A DNA stretch of 60,259 bases from Magnetococcales bacterium (GCA_015233785.1 JADFWT010000004.1:1-60259); one strand, 5' to 3'; positions 48,388 through 59,845 are shown, counted from the first letter of the stretch. The notes: a model not told the origin generated them from the letters alone. Made by a program: numbers and translations.

Positions 48388-49986
48388 ATGGCCCCAAAGA
48401 TCGAAAAAAGTGAGGACACCTCACCCAAAGATGGGGCTTATGCCTATGATCTTCACAATGAAAACCATGACGAAAAACTCAAGGGATTAGTTCTAAAAAA
48501 CGGGCTCTTTCGACCTGGTGAAGACCAACACTTTGTGGCCGCCGGCACCCCCATCTCCGAGAAACTTCTAGAGCGACTGCGCGCCGAAGCAACCCTGACC
48601 ACCATCCATGCATGGTCTGCTGTAGATCAGGCCAGCTCTGAGAGCATGGCCCGCATGGACCAACTGATGGCCGAAGCTCAAGAGACCAGCCAAAGAGAGC
48701 TGGCAGCCCATCTTCACAATCATCACGACGGCACACTACCCACCGTGGAGACGATCACCAACGCTTTGGTTGCCATGAAAAAGCGTGGCGTCTTCGATTT
48801 TGTCAAAGGGATGATCGGAAATATTGAGCAGATGGTGGATCAGATCATGAAAGATCTGGACCCCAATGCAATCCATGGCCTGAAGGAGCTTCGCGGCCAC
48901 CATCCAGGTACCGGTACCCACAGCGTCGAAACCGGTCTGCGCGGCATGACGCTGGCCAAGTCCATGGGGGCTGACCAGGATATGGTCCATCAGGTCGGCT
49001 TGGCCGGCTTTGTCCACGACCTTGGCAAACTACTGATACCACTTGAGATTCTCGACAAAAAAGGTCGACTGACAAAAGATGAGTTCGAAATTGTCAAAAG
49101 CCATGCCCTTTATGGCGGTCTCTTCTTCTCCAGCGACAATATCATCGACAAGGCACACGCCTTTTCCGCCGGCGCGCACCACGAAGCCTACAGCCTGGAT
49201 TGGGGCTACGGCATTCTCACCAGCTATGCCAAGAGTGTCGCACTGAAATTGAGCAAAGAAGAGCGCCAACGGGCCTGGGAAATCACCAACTATCTGGCCA
49301 TCTCGGATGTCTGGACGGCTCTTGGAGAGCCTCGCTCCTACCATAAAGAGGGCAAATTCGAAATCGAAATCCTGATGATCATGGCCGATATGATGTGGCA
49401 AAAAAAGTTCCATCCAACCATCTTTAAACAGGGATTTATCAAACTGTTTGATGAACTACCCCGCAGCAAGGCTCTGCTTCGTAAAGGGATCCACTTCCCG
49501 CTTTTTTCGTTCCCGAAAAAACGCCGCATGGAGTTGGAACAACGCTTTAATCTGCCCAAAAATGAGCAGAAGCTCTCTCTAGACGATCTGGAAAGAATGA
49601 GCCTGTGGCGCATGGTACAAGAGGCAGGTATCCCTGAAGAGCGTGTCCAGCGGCACAAAGGGGTCACGGTTTATGAACTGCTTAAAAATGATATCATGGT
49701 GACCCCAAAACGGTTAGAGCAAGCGGATGTCATTCCCAAAAAGGTCGACTACCGGATGGTATTCACCGATGTGCTCGATTCATCCCGCGTAAAGGCGATG
49801 CTGCTTAAAATTGATGATACCCCCCTTGAATTACAGAAGAGCATGAGCCCCAAAGACGGTATCGGCCTGGATGCCATTCAGCGCTATCTTTTCAAAGATG
49901 TCGGTCAATTCGAGCTCGATATGTCCGAGGATATGAACTGCCCGAATGACGCCTTTCTTGATGAAATCAAGCCGGGATTCTCCTGA
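48388..49986 (+). CDS. HD-domain phosphohydrolase, divergent HD-GYP-like
   Basis: THS, HDLGK, KSH, HHEAYSLDWGYG, SDVWTAL..PRSY. Confidence 0.8.
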   Translation: MAPKIEKSEDTSPKDGAYAYDLHNENHDEKLKGLVLKNGLFRPGEDQHFVAAGTPISEKLLERLRAEATLTTIHAWSAVDQASSESMARMDQLMAEAQETSQRELAAHLHNHHDGTLPTVETITNALVAMKKRGVFDFVKGMIGNIEQMVDQIMKDLDPNAIHGLKELRGHHPGTGTHSVETGLRGMTLAKSMGADQDMVHQVGLAGFVHDLGKLLIPLEILDKKGRLTKDEFEIVKSHALYGGLFFSSDNIIDKAHAFSAGAHHEAYSLDWGYGILTSYAKSVALKLSKEERQRAWEITNYLAISDVWTALGEPRSYHKEGKFEIEILMIMADMMWQKKFHPTIFKQGFIKLFDELPRSKALLRKGIHFPLFSFPKKRRMELEQRFNLPKNEQKLSLDDLERMSLWRMVQEAGIPEERVQRHKGVTVYELLKNDIMVTPKRLEQADVIPKKVDYRMVFTDVLDSSRVKAMLLKIDDTPLELQKSMSPKDGIGLDAIQRYLFKDVGQFELDMSEDMNCPNDAFLDEIKPGFS

Positions 49987-50008
49987 TCATCCCCGATTCG
50001 CCCCCCCA

Positions 50009-50024
50009 TGGCATGCCACTTGCT
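50009..50024 (+). promoter_or_regulatory. Sigma54 (-24/-12) promoter
   Basis: TGGCATGCCACTTGCT closely matches TGGCAC-N5-TTGCW. Confidence 0.65.
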
Positions 50025-50128
50025 ATTCATTATAGCGTGCTCCCCCATCAACCCATTTGATCCCCCAGGGGAAGGCCATTTCGGCGGTGATCAGATCGTT
50101 GCAATCATATAGCCCAAGGAGTGGTGAA

Positions 50129-50635
50129 TTGTCTGAACCAACCCCCCATTCACCCCAAGAGCCCACATTTCAAGAGTGGCGCGGTTTTGCTGCGCGACAT
50201 ACTCCAACACGGCTTCCCCATGCAGGCCAGTTAGCGGCCCATGGTGAGATGAACGCCTATCTTCAAGAACTTCACCGTGGCATGGCCAGAGATCTGCGCT
50301 TGGCTATGAACCCCAAACGGACAGTGTTTAAACTACGTGACGGCGTCCCCCGGCAATCCCGCATGGATTCGGTCCCGCCTGGATCACTGATGCAGAAGCT
50401 GTTTGTCGGCCTCAGCTACGCCGTAGAAAATTATCAACGTTTTTTTGACATGACCCCACTCGAAACCCTGACCCATCGCATTCAACAGAGCCACCTCCTC
50501 GGCAATACTCGGCAGGTAGCCTATGGTGACGTCTTGGAAGAGCTGCATCGGTTTCAGAATCTAATTGACCACCGACTTCCGGGTGAACAACCTACTTCGC
50601 CCTCATCAATGGTTCATGAGACAATCGCCCACTAA
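50129..50635 (+). CDS. Hypothetical protein
   Basis: AAGGAG SD before TTG at 50129 (track start is 50057); lies downstream of the sigma54 motif. Confidence 0.7.
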   Translation: MSEPTPHSPQEPTFQEWRGFAARHTPTRLPHAGQLAAHGEMNAYLQELHRGMARDLRLAMNPKRTVFKLRDGVPRQSRMDSVPPGSLMQKLFVGLSYAVENYQRFFDMTPLETLTHRIQQSHLLGNTRQVAYGDVLEELHRFQNLIDHRLPGEQPTSPSSMVHETIAH

Positions 50636-50637
50636 CA

Positions 50638-53600
50638 TCAATCCTGCACCTTGACGTTCGCAATATCAGCAAAGTTCTGAAGTGTCTCCAACAGACGCTT
50701 TTTGGAGATTGGTTTGGTGAGGAAAAAATCGCACCCAGCCATACGGGCCTTGTGCGACACCTCCCGTATCGCGTGGGCCGTCAACACGACAATGGGAATC
50801 GCCTGCTTGTGACGCTGGGGATGCTTTGCCTCATGGATACGAATCCGGCGGGTGGCCTCGTAGCCATCCATGACCGGCATTTGAAGATCCATCAACACCA
50901 GATGAAACAGCTCTTTCTCAAATAGCGCCACCGCCTCTGCACCATTCTCTGCCATCACCAACTCCACTGGAAATTTTTTGAGAAAAGCCCGAATCAACAA
51001 TCGATTGTCCGATGAATCCTCAGCAACAAGTACCCGCTTGTGGATGCCGTTTTGCTGATGAGGCCCCAGCTGTAATGAGTCATCACCACGACGAATGACG
51101 CGTCGACGTTGGCCGATACGTCGGGAATCCTGACGCCTCTCTGCGGCTCTCCGACACCGAGATTCATGGCGCCGCTCATTGGATACTCCTCTCTCCGCCA
51201 ACAGAGTAGAAACGCCAAGATCATTGCGTGCTACCGTATCCAGACGTGAACCTTCATGGCCTCCATGACTCACAGTATCGCCCTCTGGGGTCTCTACCGA
51301 TTCCAGTGAGATGGCAAAACGGAACATGGCACCCTGCCCCTCCCGGCTCACCACTTCAATCTCCCCCCCCATATGCTCCACCAGACGCCGGCAGATGGCC
51401 AGTCCCAACCCCACGCCACCATAACAACGCGTATTGGAGGCATCGGCCTGACTAAACGAGGAGAAGATACTTTGCAGCTTCTCTTCCGGGATACCGATGC
51501 CGGTATCGGATACCTCGAACTGAACCAACGGTGGAAGAAGGGGCTGCACATGAACCGTGACACGCCCTTTCTCGGTAAACTTGACCGCATTATGAATAAG
51601 ATTGATCAAAATCTGGCGTAATCTTCCCGGATCTCCCATAACCCAATCCGGCACACCGGAATCGGCATCCATAACTAGACGTAACGCCTTCTCTCCCACC
51701 TCAGGCCGTACGATTTTTAGTGCCTCCGTCACCTCATGACGCAGATTGAATGCCGACAACTCAAGCTCCATCTCACCCGCTTCAATCTTGGAGATGTCCA
51801 GCACATCATTAATAAGTGACAACAAAGACTTTCCAGCCTTATCAACGGTCTCCATGTAACTGCGCTGCTCTTGATCCAACGGGCCTTCCAAAATCACTTC
51901 GCCAATGCCGAGAATGGCATTAAGAGGTGTACGAATTTCATGACTCATAGTGGCCAGAAAGGCGCTTTTAGCCTGATTAGCCGCTTCGGCCTCACGCTTG
52001 GCCTGTATCATGGCCGCTTCCAAACGACGCTGCTCGGTAATGTCAATTGCACTGACAAAATGCAGCTCCCGATCTCCCAGCGTGACATGGTTGATGGAAA
52101 GCACTACCGGAATATCATCGCCATTTTTACAGCGCTGAATGGTGGTCACCTTGATGGCGCCCGCTTCAGCAATCTCCAGCCACTTCTGATCCCACCGCCC
52201 GCCTTTTGGAGACTCGGAGAATATGTCACTCACCCGCAACGAAAGCAGCTCATCGCGCGCATAACCAAGCGCTTGCAGTGCCGCACGGTTGGCGTCAAAA
52301 ACCGCACCCTCACGAGTGATCCAATAAGCTGCATCGCGCATATTCTCCAACGAATAGCGCGCCAAATGCAGCGCCTCCTGGGCACGTTTACGCTCGGTGA
52401 TATCACGCATCACCACCTGCACCGCCTCACGCCCCGAGTAGCGAATCAATCCGCCAATACTCTCCACTTCGAGGATGGAGCCGTCCATCGCAACAAGTTG
52501 CTGCTCCATCAGGGGAGCCACCTCACCACGTTCCATGACACTGCGCGCCCGTCGCCGAATAGAGTTAACATAATCAGGGTGGATTATATCGTTGACCGAC
52601 ATGCCTACCAGAGCATCAGGCGTCGGTGCCTTGAGCAGCCGCGCACAGGCTGGGTTGGCAAAAATAATCACATCTTTGCTATTGACCAGAATCGCCTCCT
52701 GAGAGAGCTCTACCAAAGCCCGATAACGCTCTTCACTCTCCTGAAGCTTGGCCTCCGCCCGCTTTCGATCCGTTATGTCGGTAGCAATACCGCAGATGGC
52801 ATATACCTGATTCGCATCATCCAACAGAGGGAATTTAGAGACGATGTAGGTATGCATCTCACCATCATCATGAGGCACCTGCTCCTCCACCTGGATCGGC
52901 GAACCCTGAGTCCGCACCAACTGGTCGTTGGCAATCAACTTACGCGCAACCTCCTCTGGAAAAGAGTCAAAATCGGTCTTGCCGGAAATCTCACTTCGCG
53001 AAATATGAAACAACGCCTCATGACGCTTGTTGATCAACAGATAGCGTCCTTCGACATTCTTGAGAAAAATCACTTCTGGCGAGTAATCAAGAATCGCCTG
53101 TAGCATACTGCGACTCTCTTGCAAGGCATCCTGACTGCTCTTCCAGTCGAGCGCCATACGGTTGCGCTCGGCCCGCACCCGCATGTTGGTTGCCCCCAAT
53201 GCCAACTGGTTGGCCATCTGCTCCAGAAGCCACACCTCTTCCGAATCAAAGGCATCCGGCTCATCGGCGTAAAGATTGAGCGCCCCGGTGACACGCCCCT
53301 CGCCTACCCGCAACGGCAGCGCCAAAGAGGAGGCATAACCGCGCTTTAATGCCTCTTGCCGCCACGGACCGAACGTTGGATCGTTAATAATATTCTGCGC
53401 CATGGCCGGGCGACCAGTACGTATGGCAAATCCAGTGGGACCACGACCACGCGGGGTATCATCCCAGGTAAGATTGAGTGTCCCCAAATAGGCATCTTCA
53501 TAACCAGCCTGGGCCACTGGACGCACCGGATGGCCGGGAGACTCCTCTGCCAACCCAACCCAAGCCAGCCGAAAGCCAATACGTTCTACCAACATCTCGC

Positions 53601-54219
53601 AAGCACTCTGATAGAGCACCTGTTCACAATCGGCCTGCAAACGGTCCACGGTACAATCCTGCCCAGCCTGAATAGCCCGACGCAGACGTCGCAGAGCTTC
53701 AAATTTACGTTGCTCCAACTGTTTGTCGCGGACCATACCAGCAAGCTGACCGTGGTGGTTAAGGCGCGCCATCAACTCCAGTGGATCCGGCAAGGCATCC
53801 AGTACCAACCAATCCACCACCCCCTTTGAGAAGAGCACGGGGCGCATCTCAGGCCGGTTACCATGAGACACCACCACCAGAGACGCACCTCCGACAAGTA
53901 GTCTCTCCAGGCACGTCAGATCCGGTAGTTGGTTATCGTTTACCGCCAATAGAATGAGGTGAGGCGCGTACGCCAGAGCAAGCTCCTCCTGCTCAGAGAG
54001 TTGATATGGGCCATGCAGATGGAACCCTTTGCAATCGGACAACGCCTCACGGAGCGGTGCCCAGAAGGGGACATCGCCCCCCACAAGAAGGGCACGAGGA
54101 GAGGAAATGGCATCGGTGGCAAACAGAGCGTTCATACGTTTAGAATAGTGACAGGTTGCGCAAAACCTGACTAGCATTACTTGACGATTCGTGAGCGATT
54201 TATTCTTCTCATGATTCAA
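50638..54219 (-). CDS. Cytoplasmic hybrid histidine kinase (pseudo-REC, GAF, 3 PAS, HisKA, HATPase, REC)
   Basis: GRGPTG..IRTG (GAF), [31 protein letters not shown]. The true start may be downstream. Confidence 0.93.
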   Translation of the reverse strand: MNHEKNKSLTNRQVMLVRFCATCHYSKRMNALFATDAISSPRALLVGGDVPFWAPLREALSDCKGFHLHGPYQLSEQEELALAYAPHLILLAVNDNQLPDLTCLERLLVGGASLVVVSHGNRPEMRPVLFSKGVVDWLVLDALPDPLELMARLNHHGQLAGMVRDKQLEQRKFEALRRLRRAIQAGQDCTVDRLQADCEQVLYQSACEMLVERIGFRLAWVGLAEESPGHPVRPVAQAGYEDAYLGTLNLTWDDTPRGRGPTGFAIRTGRPAMAQNIINDPTFGPWRQEALKRGYASSLALPLRVGEGRVTGALNLYADEPDAFDSEEVWLLEQMANQLALGATNMRVRAERNRMALDWKSSQDALQESRSMLQAILDYSPEVIFLKNVEGRYLLINKRHEALFHISRSEISGKTDFDSFPEEVARKLIANDQLVRTQGSPIQVEEQVPHDDGEMHTYIVSKFPLLDDANQVYAICGIATDITDRKRAEAKLQESEERYRALVELSQEAILVNSKDVIIFANPACARLLKAPTPDALVGMSVNDIIHPDYVNSIRRRARSVMERGEVAPLMEQQLVAMDGSILEVESIGGLIRYSGREAVQVVMRDITERKRAQEALHLARYSLENMRDAAYWITREGAVFDANRAALQALGYARDELLSLRVSDIFSESPKGGRWDQKWLEIAEAGAIKVTTIQRCKNGDDIPVVLSINHVTLGDRELHFVSAIDITEQRRLEAAMIQAKREAEAANQAKSAFLATMSHEIRTPLNAILGIGEVILEGPLDQEQRSYMETVDKAGKSLLSLINDVLDISKIEAGEMELELSAFNLRHEVTEALKIVRPEVGEKALRLVMDADSGVPDWVMGDPGRLRQILINLIHNAVKFTEKGRVTVHVQPLLPPLVQFEVSDTGIGIPEEKLQSIFSSFSQADASNTRCYGGVGLGLAICRRLVEHMGGEIEVVSREGQGAMFRFAISLESVETPEGDTVSHGGHEGSRLDTVARNDLGVSTLLAERGVSNERRHESRCRRAAERRQDSRRIGQRRRVIRRGDDSLQLGPHQQNGIHKRVLVAEDSSDNRLLIRAFLKKFPVELVMAENGAEAVALFEKELFHLVLMDLQMPVMDGYEATRRIRIHEAKHPQRHKQAIPIVVLTAHAIREVSHKARMAGCDFFLTKPISKKRLLETLQNFADIANVKVQD

Positions 54220-54292
54220 TAACTACTTCATGATTGTTTAATCCCCTTACGGCACAAATCCAAGCCGACGACCCCATAAGGACTATGCACTC

Positions 54293-56608
54293 ATGAATGA
54301 CACGCCCTCTGCGCTTACACTTCCCCAGGCCCTCAGCCTGGGCATGGAGCACCACCAGAGTGGCCAACTGGACCAAGCCGAGAGGATCTATCAACAGATC
54401 CTGGCAGCCTTTCCAAACCAGCCGGACGCCCTCCATCTTCTAGGAGCCATCGCCCACCAGAAAGGCGATTTCAGACTGGCTGAACAACGGTTCCGACAAA
54501 CCTTAATCCACGCCCCCAACCATCGAGACGCCCTGAACAATCTGGGTAACGCACTTCGCGATCAGGGGCGCTTGGATGAAGCCATTGAGGCGTTCCATAA
54601 TGCCTTGAGCCACTATGACGACTTTTCCGAAGTTTACAACAATCTTGGGGATACATTGCGCCTGGCAGGCCGTATAGATGAGGCAATATCCCATACTCGT
54701 CGAGCCATATCGATCAACTCAAACTTCCCTCTGGCACACAATAATCTTGGTAATCTTTTAAAATCCAAAGGCAAGACACGTGAGGCCGAGCACTCTTATC
54801 GGTACGCCCTGAAGCTGGCCCCGGAATATGCAGAAGCACTCGCCAATTTGGGCCACACCCTGCTGGAACTGGGACAGGAGACAGACGCACTGGACATACT
54901 GATACAGGCGGCGACGCTACGCCCCGATCTGACCCCGGTGCAAAACACGATCGGCAATCTGCTACTCAACCAGAAGCGGTATCAGGAGGCGGAAGCCCAC
55001 TATCGATGCGCAATCCAGACGCAACCGGACTTGGCCGAAGCGTACCACAACCTCAGCATAGCACTTGAAGGTCAACAACACCTTCCTCAGGCCCTGGAGA
55101 TACTACAACAGGCCACAACACGCTTCCCGAACTACGCCAATGCCCATTTTCAACGGGGCAATATCCACCGCCGCATGGGGCAACTTGATGATGCGCTCAT
55201 GGCCTACGACCGTGCCTTGTCGTTGGATACCGACCATCCTGGCTATCTAAACAACCACGCCAATACGCTCCGGGATCTGGGACGACTGCACGAGGCGCTT
55301 GAGGGCTACCGGCGCGCCTTTGCCTGCGGCGGAGAGCCGCCAACCTTAAAGAACTTCGCCAATACGCACCTCTATCTCCCTGAGACCGACCACGACACAC
55401 TTTTTAATATATGCCGGAAGAGTGCAAAAATGGCGCTTTCCAGGACCCGGAGTCGCGCAGCACCCTCTGCCCCAAGCATTCGGCCTCCCCAGGGGCGCAT
55501 CCGAGTCGGCTATCTATCCTCCGACTTTCATGATCATCCGGTTGGCCATAACCTTCTCCCTCTGTTGGAGCATCACGATAACGAACGGTTTGAACGTTTC
55601 GCCTATGCCGAACTGCCCCAAGAAGATGCCACCACTGAGCGTATTCGTAGCACCATCCAACACTGGCGCAACACCAAAGGGTGTAGCGATGCCGAGATCG
55701 CAGAAACCATTCGCCAAGATGGTGTCGACATCATGATCTATCTGGCCGGGATGTTTGATAACAATCGCTTTCTGGTGGCTGCCCAGCGTCCGGCTCCCAT
55801 ACAGGTGAGCTTTCACAACAGCACCACCACGGGCCTGAAGCAGATGGACTACTGGCTAACCGACCACGCCATTCACCCCGAAGGTGCCGTGCATGAGCAG
55901 TTTACAGAGCAGTTGATCCGACTCCCCATCTTCTACAACTACCCCCCATTGGAACAGGCCCCACCGGTCAACCCCCTCCCCGCCGGTGAGAAAGGGCCCA
56001 TCACCTTTGCCTCGTTCAACGATCCCGCCAAGATCAATCACACCGTTCTGGCACTTTGGGCACGCCTATTACAACGCATTCCCGATGCTCGTTTACTACT
56101 GAAATACCGCAGCCATCTTCATGTACCCTCCATTCGCACCCGACTACTGAAGGGCCTTGAAAAGGGCGGTGTCGATTCCAAACGGGTCACTCTCATCACC
56201 ACCCTGGATCAACACCAAGACCACCTCTCCACCTACCACCAAGCCGACATCGCTCTAGACCCCTTTCCATTTACCGGGGCCACCACCACCTTCCAAGCTC
56301 TATGGATGGGGGTTCCGGTCGTGACATGGGCCGGTACTCGCTTTATCAGCCGAATGGCGGCGGATATTGTCATCCATGCAGGATATCCCGAATTGGCCAC
56401 ACGCTCCCCGGAAGCCTATCTGGATGCGGCGGTTGCCTTGGCCAGTGATCGCCCCCGCCTACAACAAATCCGCGCTGAACTTCGACACCGCCTGAAGAAA
56501 GGGCCACTCTGTGACGGTCCTGGTTATGCCCGCAGTGTGGAGGCCGCCTATCGTAACATGTTAGACTCCAAGAGGCGCGTCCTCACCCCATCAAAATCAG
56601 CCTGCTAG
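54293..56608 (+). CDS. TPR + GT41 glycosyltransferase
   Basis: TPRs, RVGYLSSDFHDHPVG, FNDPAKIN, DIALDPFPFTGATTT. Confidence 0.93.
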   Translation: MNDTPSALTLPQALSLGMEHHQSGQLDQAERIYQQILAAFPNQPDALHLLGAIAHQKGDFRLAEQRFRQTLIHAPNHRDALNNLGNALRDQGRLDEAIEAFHNALSHYDDFSEVYNNLGDTLRLAGRIDEAISHTRRAISINSNFPLAHNNLGNLLKSKGKTREAEHSYRYALKLAPEYAEALANLGHTLLELGQETDALDILIQAATLRPDLTPVQNTIGNLLLNQKRYQEAEAHYRCAIQTQPDLAEAYHNLSIALEGQQHLPQALEILQQATTRFPNYANAHFQRGNIHRRMGQLDDALMAYDRALSLDTDHPGYLNNHANTLRDLGRLHEALEGYRRAFACGGEPPTLKNFANTHLYLPETDHDTLFNICRKSAKMALSRTRSRAAPSAPSIRPPQGRIRVGYLSSDFHDHPVGHNLLPLLEHHDNERFERFAYAELPQEDATTERIRSTIQHWRNTKGCSDAEIAETIRQDGVDIMIYLAGMFDNNRFLVAAQRPAPIQVSFHNSTTTGLKQMDYWLTDHAIHPEGAVHEQFTEQLIRLPIFYNYPPLEQAPPVNPLPAGEKGPITFASFNDPAKINHTVLALWARLLQRIPDARLLLKYRSHLHVPSIRTRLLKGLEKGGVDSKRVTLITTLDQHQDHLSTYHQADIALDPFPFTGATTTFQALWMGVPVVTWAGTRFISRMAADIVIHAGYPELATRSPEAYLDAAVALASDRPRLQQIRAELRHRLKKGPLCDGPGYARSVEAAYRNMLDSKRRVLTPSKSAC

Positions 56609-56768
56609 CCATACGAACAGCTATTTATCTCCGCTAGCCAAATCACTGCATGGTGTTTATGCTTGATCCGATGGGGGTGCTTCAAATAGGGAGCCAGGAG
56701 CCGGTTGCCAAAACCTGACCCCAATTTTCCATCAATAATCATCAATACATTTTGGGAACGGCGCACAC

Positions 56769-57125
56769 ATGGACCATTACAGCCTGTTGGCCTTGAAACA
56801 GATCTTCAATCCCTTTCTCATCGTGCCGGGCGCGATTGTCGGGTTCTTTATCCGCAGCTTCTGCACCAACCAATTCGGTCACCGAAAGACCACTGGACTA
56901 GGACAGATTCTGGTGTTGACTCTGCTCTTTATCGGGCTGGCGTTCATTCTCTGGATAGTGGGCCTTCTGATCGTTAATCTACTGCTGGGGCTCTTCTCGG
57001 TACAGACTCATATGGTGACCAATATCTCCTTTGCCATCTGGTCGCTGGTGGGACTTATTATCAAAGGACGTTTGGTTGAGATGGATAACCCACACACGCG
57101 CCCCAATCTTCCACCGCAACTCTAA
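56769..57125 (+). CDS. Small hypothetical membrane protein (about 3 TM)
   Basis: Three hydrophobic segments. Confidence 0.65.
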   Translation: MDHYSLLALKQIFNPFLIVPGAIVGFFIRSFCTNQFGHRKTTGLGQILVLTLLFIGLAFILWIVGLLIVNLLLGLFSVQTHMVTNISFAIWSLVGLIIKGRLVEMDNPHTRPNLPPQL

Positions 57126-57143
57126 ACACTCCCCTCACGGAGA

Positions 57144-57430
57144 GATCATGCCCTGAGATTGCTAGGCACACTGCTCGCGCAAGCGGGTTTTGCCGAACAA
57201 CCTGGAAAAGGTCCGAACCTGCTATCAACAGGCGCTGGATCTGGGGGCCGATTACAAATGCCAAGAGCACCTATGTGGAGATGGCCGTAAAAGTGGCCGG
57301 AGATCTCCCCGGACTACGGCGTCTGCGAGCCAGATTGCGCCAACAGCTCATAGAGTCCCCACTCTGTGACGGAGCCGGTTATGCCCGGTAGATGGAAAAC
57401 GCTATGGTGCAGATGTGGAAGGTAAAGCAG
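57144..57430 (+). pseudogene. Collapsed remnant of a TPR-GT41 gene
   Basis: DHALRLLGTLLAQAG..EKVRTCYQQALDLGADY, then in a shifted frame YVEMAVKVAGDLPGLRRLRARLRQQLIESPLCDGAGYAR*MENAMVQMW (TAG at 57389-57391). Confidence 0.75.
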
Positions 57431-58331
57431 GGACAGCGGTCAACTGCTTAAGCGCTGCCACCGCCCTTGCATCGCCCCGAGAGGCAGAATAGCGCAACAG
57501 AGATACCCCCTCTTGGGGATTGGCGGCTCCACCCCGGCCGTTGATCAGCATCACCCCGGCCAAAAATGCACTCCCAGGGTGCCCCTTTCGGGCCGCCATC
57601 CGGGCCAGCTGCAACGCCCGCTTGTGATCCACCAACACCCCTCCGGCCCCTTGATGGAGAATGGTGGCCAGATTGTGCATCGCCTGTACCGATCCGAAAC
57701 GCACCGCCTGCTCAAAATCGGACAGACTTCCACCAGGCTCGACGCGACCCCCATGGCCGGAGAAACGCATCAGTGCCACCATATTCATGCCGTACCCATT
57801 CTGCCCCTGGGTATCACGGTTTTCGGCCAACAGGCGGTACCACTTCATCGCCTTGGGATAATCCTGGGGAACCTCCCTGCCCTCATAATAGAGCTGGGCC
57901 AGATTTTTCTGAGCTTTGGCATAGCCCAGATCTGCTGCACGCCGGAACCAAAAGTGTGCGGCCTCAACATCCTTAGAGAGCCCCTCACCACGCAACAGCA
58001 TCTCCGCATAGCTGCTCTGGGCCTCCTTGCGTCCACGCAGAGCCGCCTTGCGATACCACTGGGCCGCCCGCTGCGGATCTTTTTTGACGCCTACCCCGTG
58101 CCGATAAAGATCGCCAATCGCCTCTTGCACCTTAGGTACACCCGCCTTTGCCAGCGGTTGCCACGCATGAAAAGCCCCCGATCCATCCCCTTTTATCAGC
58201 AACTGTTGCCCCTGATATTGGCGGGTCAGGATATCAATGGAGATATTGAGGTCAAAACCCCACAATACCAGTAGTGCCAATAGCGGCAATGGCAAGAAGA
58301 TCGCGGCCACCGTGAAAATTCTATGAATCAT
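57402..58331 (-). CDS. Membrane-anchored SEL1-repeat protein
   Basis: TM helix; GDLYRHGVGVKKD..AAQWYRKAA-type repeats. Confidence 0.9.
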   Translation of the reverse strand: MIHRIFTVAAIFLPLPLLALLVLWGFDLNISIDILTRQYQGQQLLIKGDGSGAFHAWQPLAKAGVPKVQEAIGDLYRHGVGVKKDPQRAAQWYRKAALRGRKEAQSSYAEMLLRGEGLSKDVEAAHFWFRRAADLGYAKAQKNLAQLYYEGREVPQDYPKAMKWYRLLAENRDTQGQNGYGMNMVALMRFSGHGGRVEPGGSLSDFEQAVRFGSVQAMHNLATILHQGAGGVLVDHKRALQLARMAARKGHPGSAFLAGVMLINGRGGAANPQEGVSLLRYSASRGDARAVAALKQLTAVPALPSTSAP

Positions 58332-58547
58332 GGTCGTCAGGGGATATCTGGATGGCCAAGTGGACGGAGAACTCTTTAACATTATGCCATTTTGCCAACA
58401 AAAGGGGAAATGCCGAACAGAGGCGGCGATATCACCCCAAAAACGTAAAAGCACTGGACATCACAACGTCAGAGGAAGAAACTGCATATTGGGGGAAGCG
58501 CATTCATGCGCCACAACACATCTATAACGGCCATTTGAGAAATCAGT

Positions 58548-59486
58548 ATGAAAAGCTGTCTTGACTGCCTGCGCCCCATCACCGGTGATACCTTTTCGGA
58601 GGATGAACTGGAGGCTTTTTGTCGTATGCAGCCTGGGGTTACCCTTTTTAACAAAGGTGACCATCTCATCCAGGAAAAAGAGATGGATCGCACCATTTTC
58701 CTACAGCTCAGCGGCAAGACAATCGTCACCAAAAGCAGCCAACCGGATATGGTGCTTGGCGAACTTATGCCGGGGTTCGTCTTCGGTGAGGTGACCTTTT
58801 TCAAACAGGGTAAACGTACCGCCAACATCACAGCAGCGGAAGATACCACCGCACTGATGATCGATCCCTACGCTCTCAACGAATTGAGCGAAGATCTCCA
58901 GATTAAACTGCTCACATTTCTTCTCCCGCGCATCACCATACGGCTTGGCTTCTATAATAAACTGCTTGTGGAGCTGCTTAGGCTGGAAAAAGAGAACGTC
59001 GGTATCGGCTACGAAGGAAACCCTCTGGGCGTGATCGACCCTATTGAGGAGGACTATTTCGATATCTTCTCAGAGGATGAAGCGCGCTCAATTGTAGGAC
59101 TTCAACCCGGCCCCATCGACATTCGATCAGGAGAATACCTCTCTCGGGAAGGCGATAGCGACGGCACCATGTTTCTACTTCTGGATGGTGAACTTCGTCT
59201 GGAGAAAACTGAAATGCCAGGCTTGGCGCTCTACACCATGGGGGCTGGCCATATGGTCAATTTTGGCGTTCTGTTCAAAGACGACGTGCGCTACGGCAAC
59301 TTTATGGCTATTGGTGAGGTGTCCGGGCTGCGGATTCACATCTCTCAGTACCAACAGCTCCCCTCTTCGGTGCGACTAATCATGCTGCGAAGAATCTATA
59401 TTAACGTGATTGACCGGTTGAAAAACTACAACCTTGCCCTACTCAAATTGGAGCATATGAAAAAAAATATCTGGTTCGGAGGATAA
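58548..59486 (+). CDS. Tandem cNMP-binding-domain protein
   Basis: KGDHLIQE...PGFVFGEV...RTANITA, plus a second domain SGEYLSREGD...VRYGNF; no HTH visible. Confidence 0.85.
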   Translation: MKSCLDCLRPITGDTFSEDELEAFCRMQPGVTLFNKGDHLIQEKEMDRTIFLQLSGKTIVTKSSQPDMVLGELMPGFVFGEVTFFKQGKRTANITAAEDTTALMIDPYALNELSEDLQIKLLTFLLPRITIRLGFYNKLLVELLRLEKENVGIGYEGNPLGVIDPIEEDYFDIFSEDEARSIVGLQPGPIDIRSGEYLSREGDSDGTMFLLLDGELRLEKTEMPGLALYTMGAGHMVNFGVLFKDDVRYGNFMAIGEVSGLRIHISQYQQLPSSVRLIMLRRIYINVIDRLKNYNLALLKLEHMKKNIWFGG

Positions 59487-59716
59487 ATAATCCGGGCCAG
59501 AGTGATCCAACCCGAAGAGCCGTTGCATCCAATCAATAAGTGAGTGAGAGTCGTACGTGAAACAAAAAGGGTGGCCGTTAAACTATGCGTGCAGATCCCT
59601 CTGCCAGTAGTATTCGATAGGCCATCACCTCCTGAAGATCCAAGAAGCATGTGTGGTTGTTGACTATTGAGTTGAACTTGCCAATGAGCCCCGCTTGCCC
59701 CCTGTCTAATAAGATC

Positions 59717-59729
59717 GAGAATTATTCTC
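59717..59729. promoter_or_regulatory. Fur-box-like palindrome
   Basis: GAGAAT-T-ATTCTC, about 115 nt upstream of the last TPR gene. Confidence 0.4.
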
Positions 59730-59845
59730 TTCTTCCCTGTTTAGACAGATATGAAGAGTAAAATTCTATCTTTAAATATCAATTTTTGACCTGCAATTGA
59801 TCCCAACACTTCACCTGTCAGATCATCACCCCATTTGGATTCGCC

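Noticed and set aside
51871-53103. 410-aa plus-strand ORF and similar long antisense ORFs elsewhere
   Set aside because: Fully antisense to well-supported genes; expected from codon bias.
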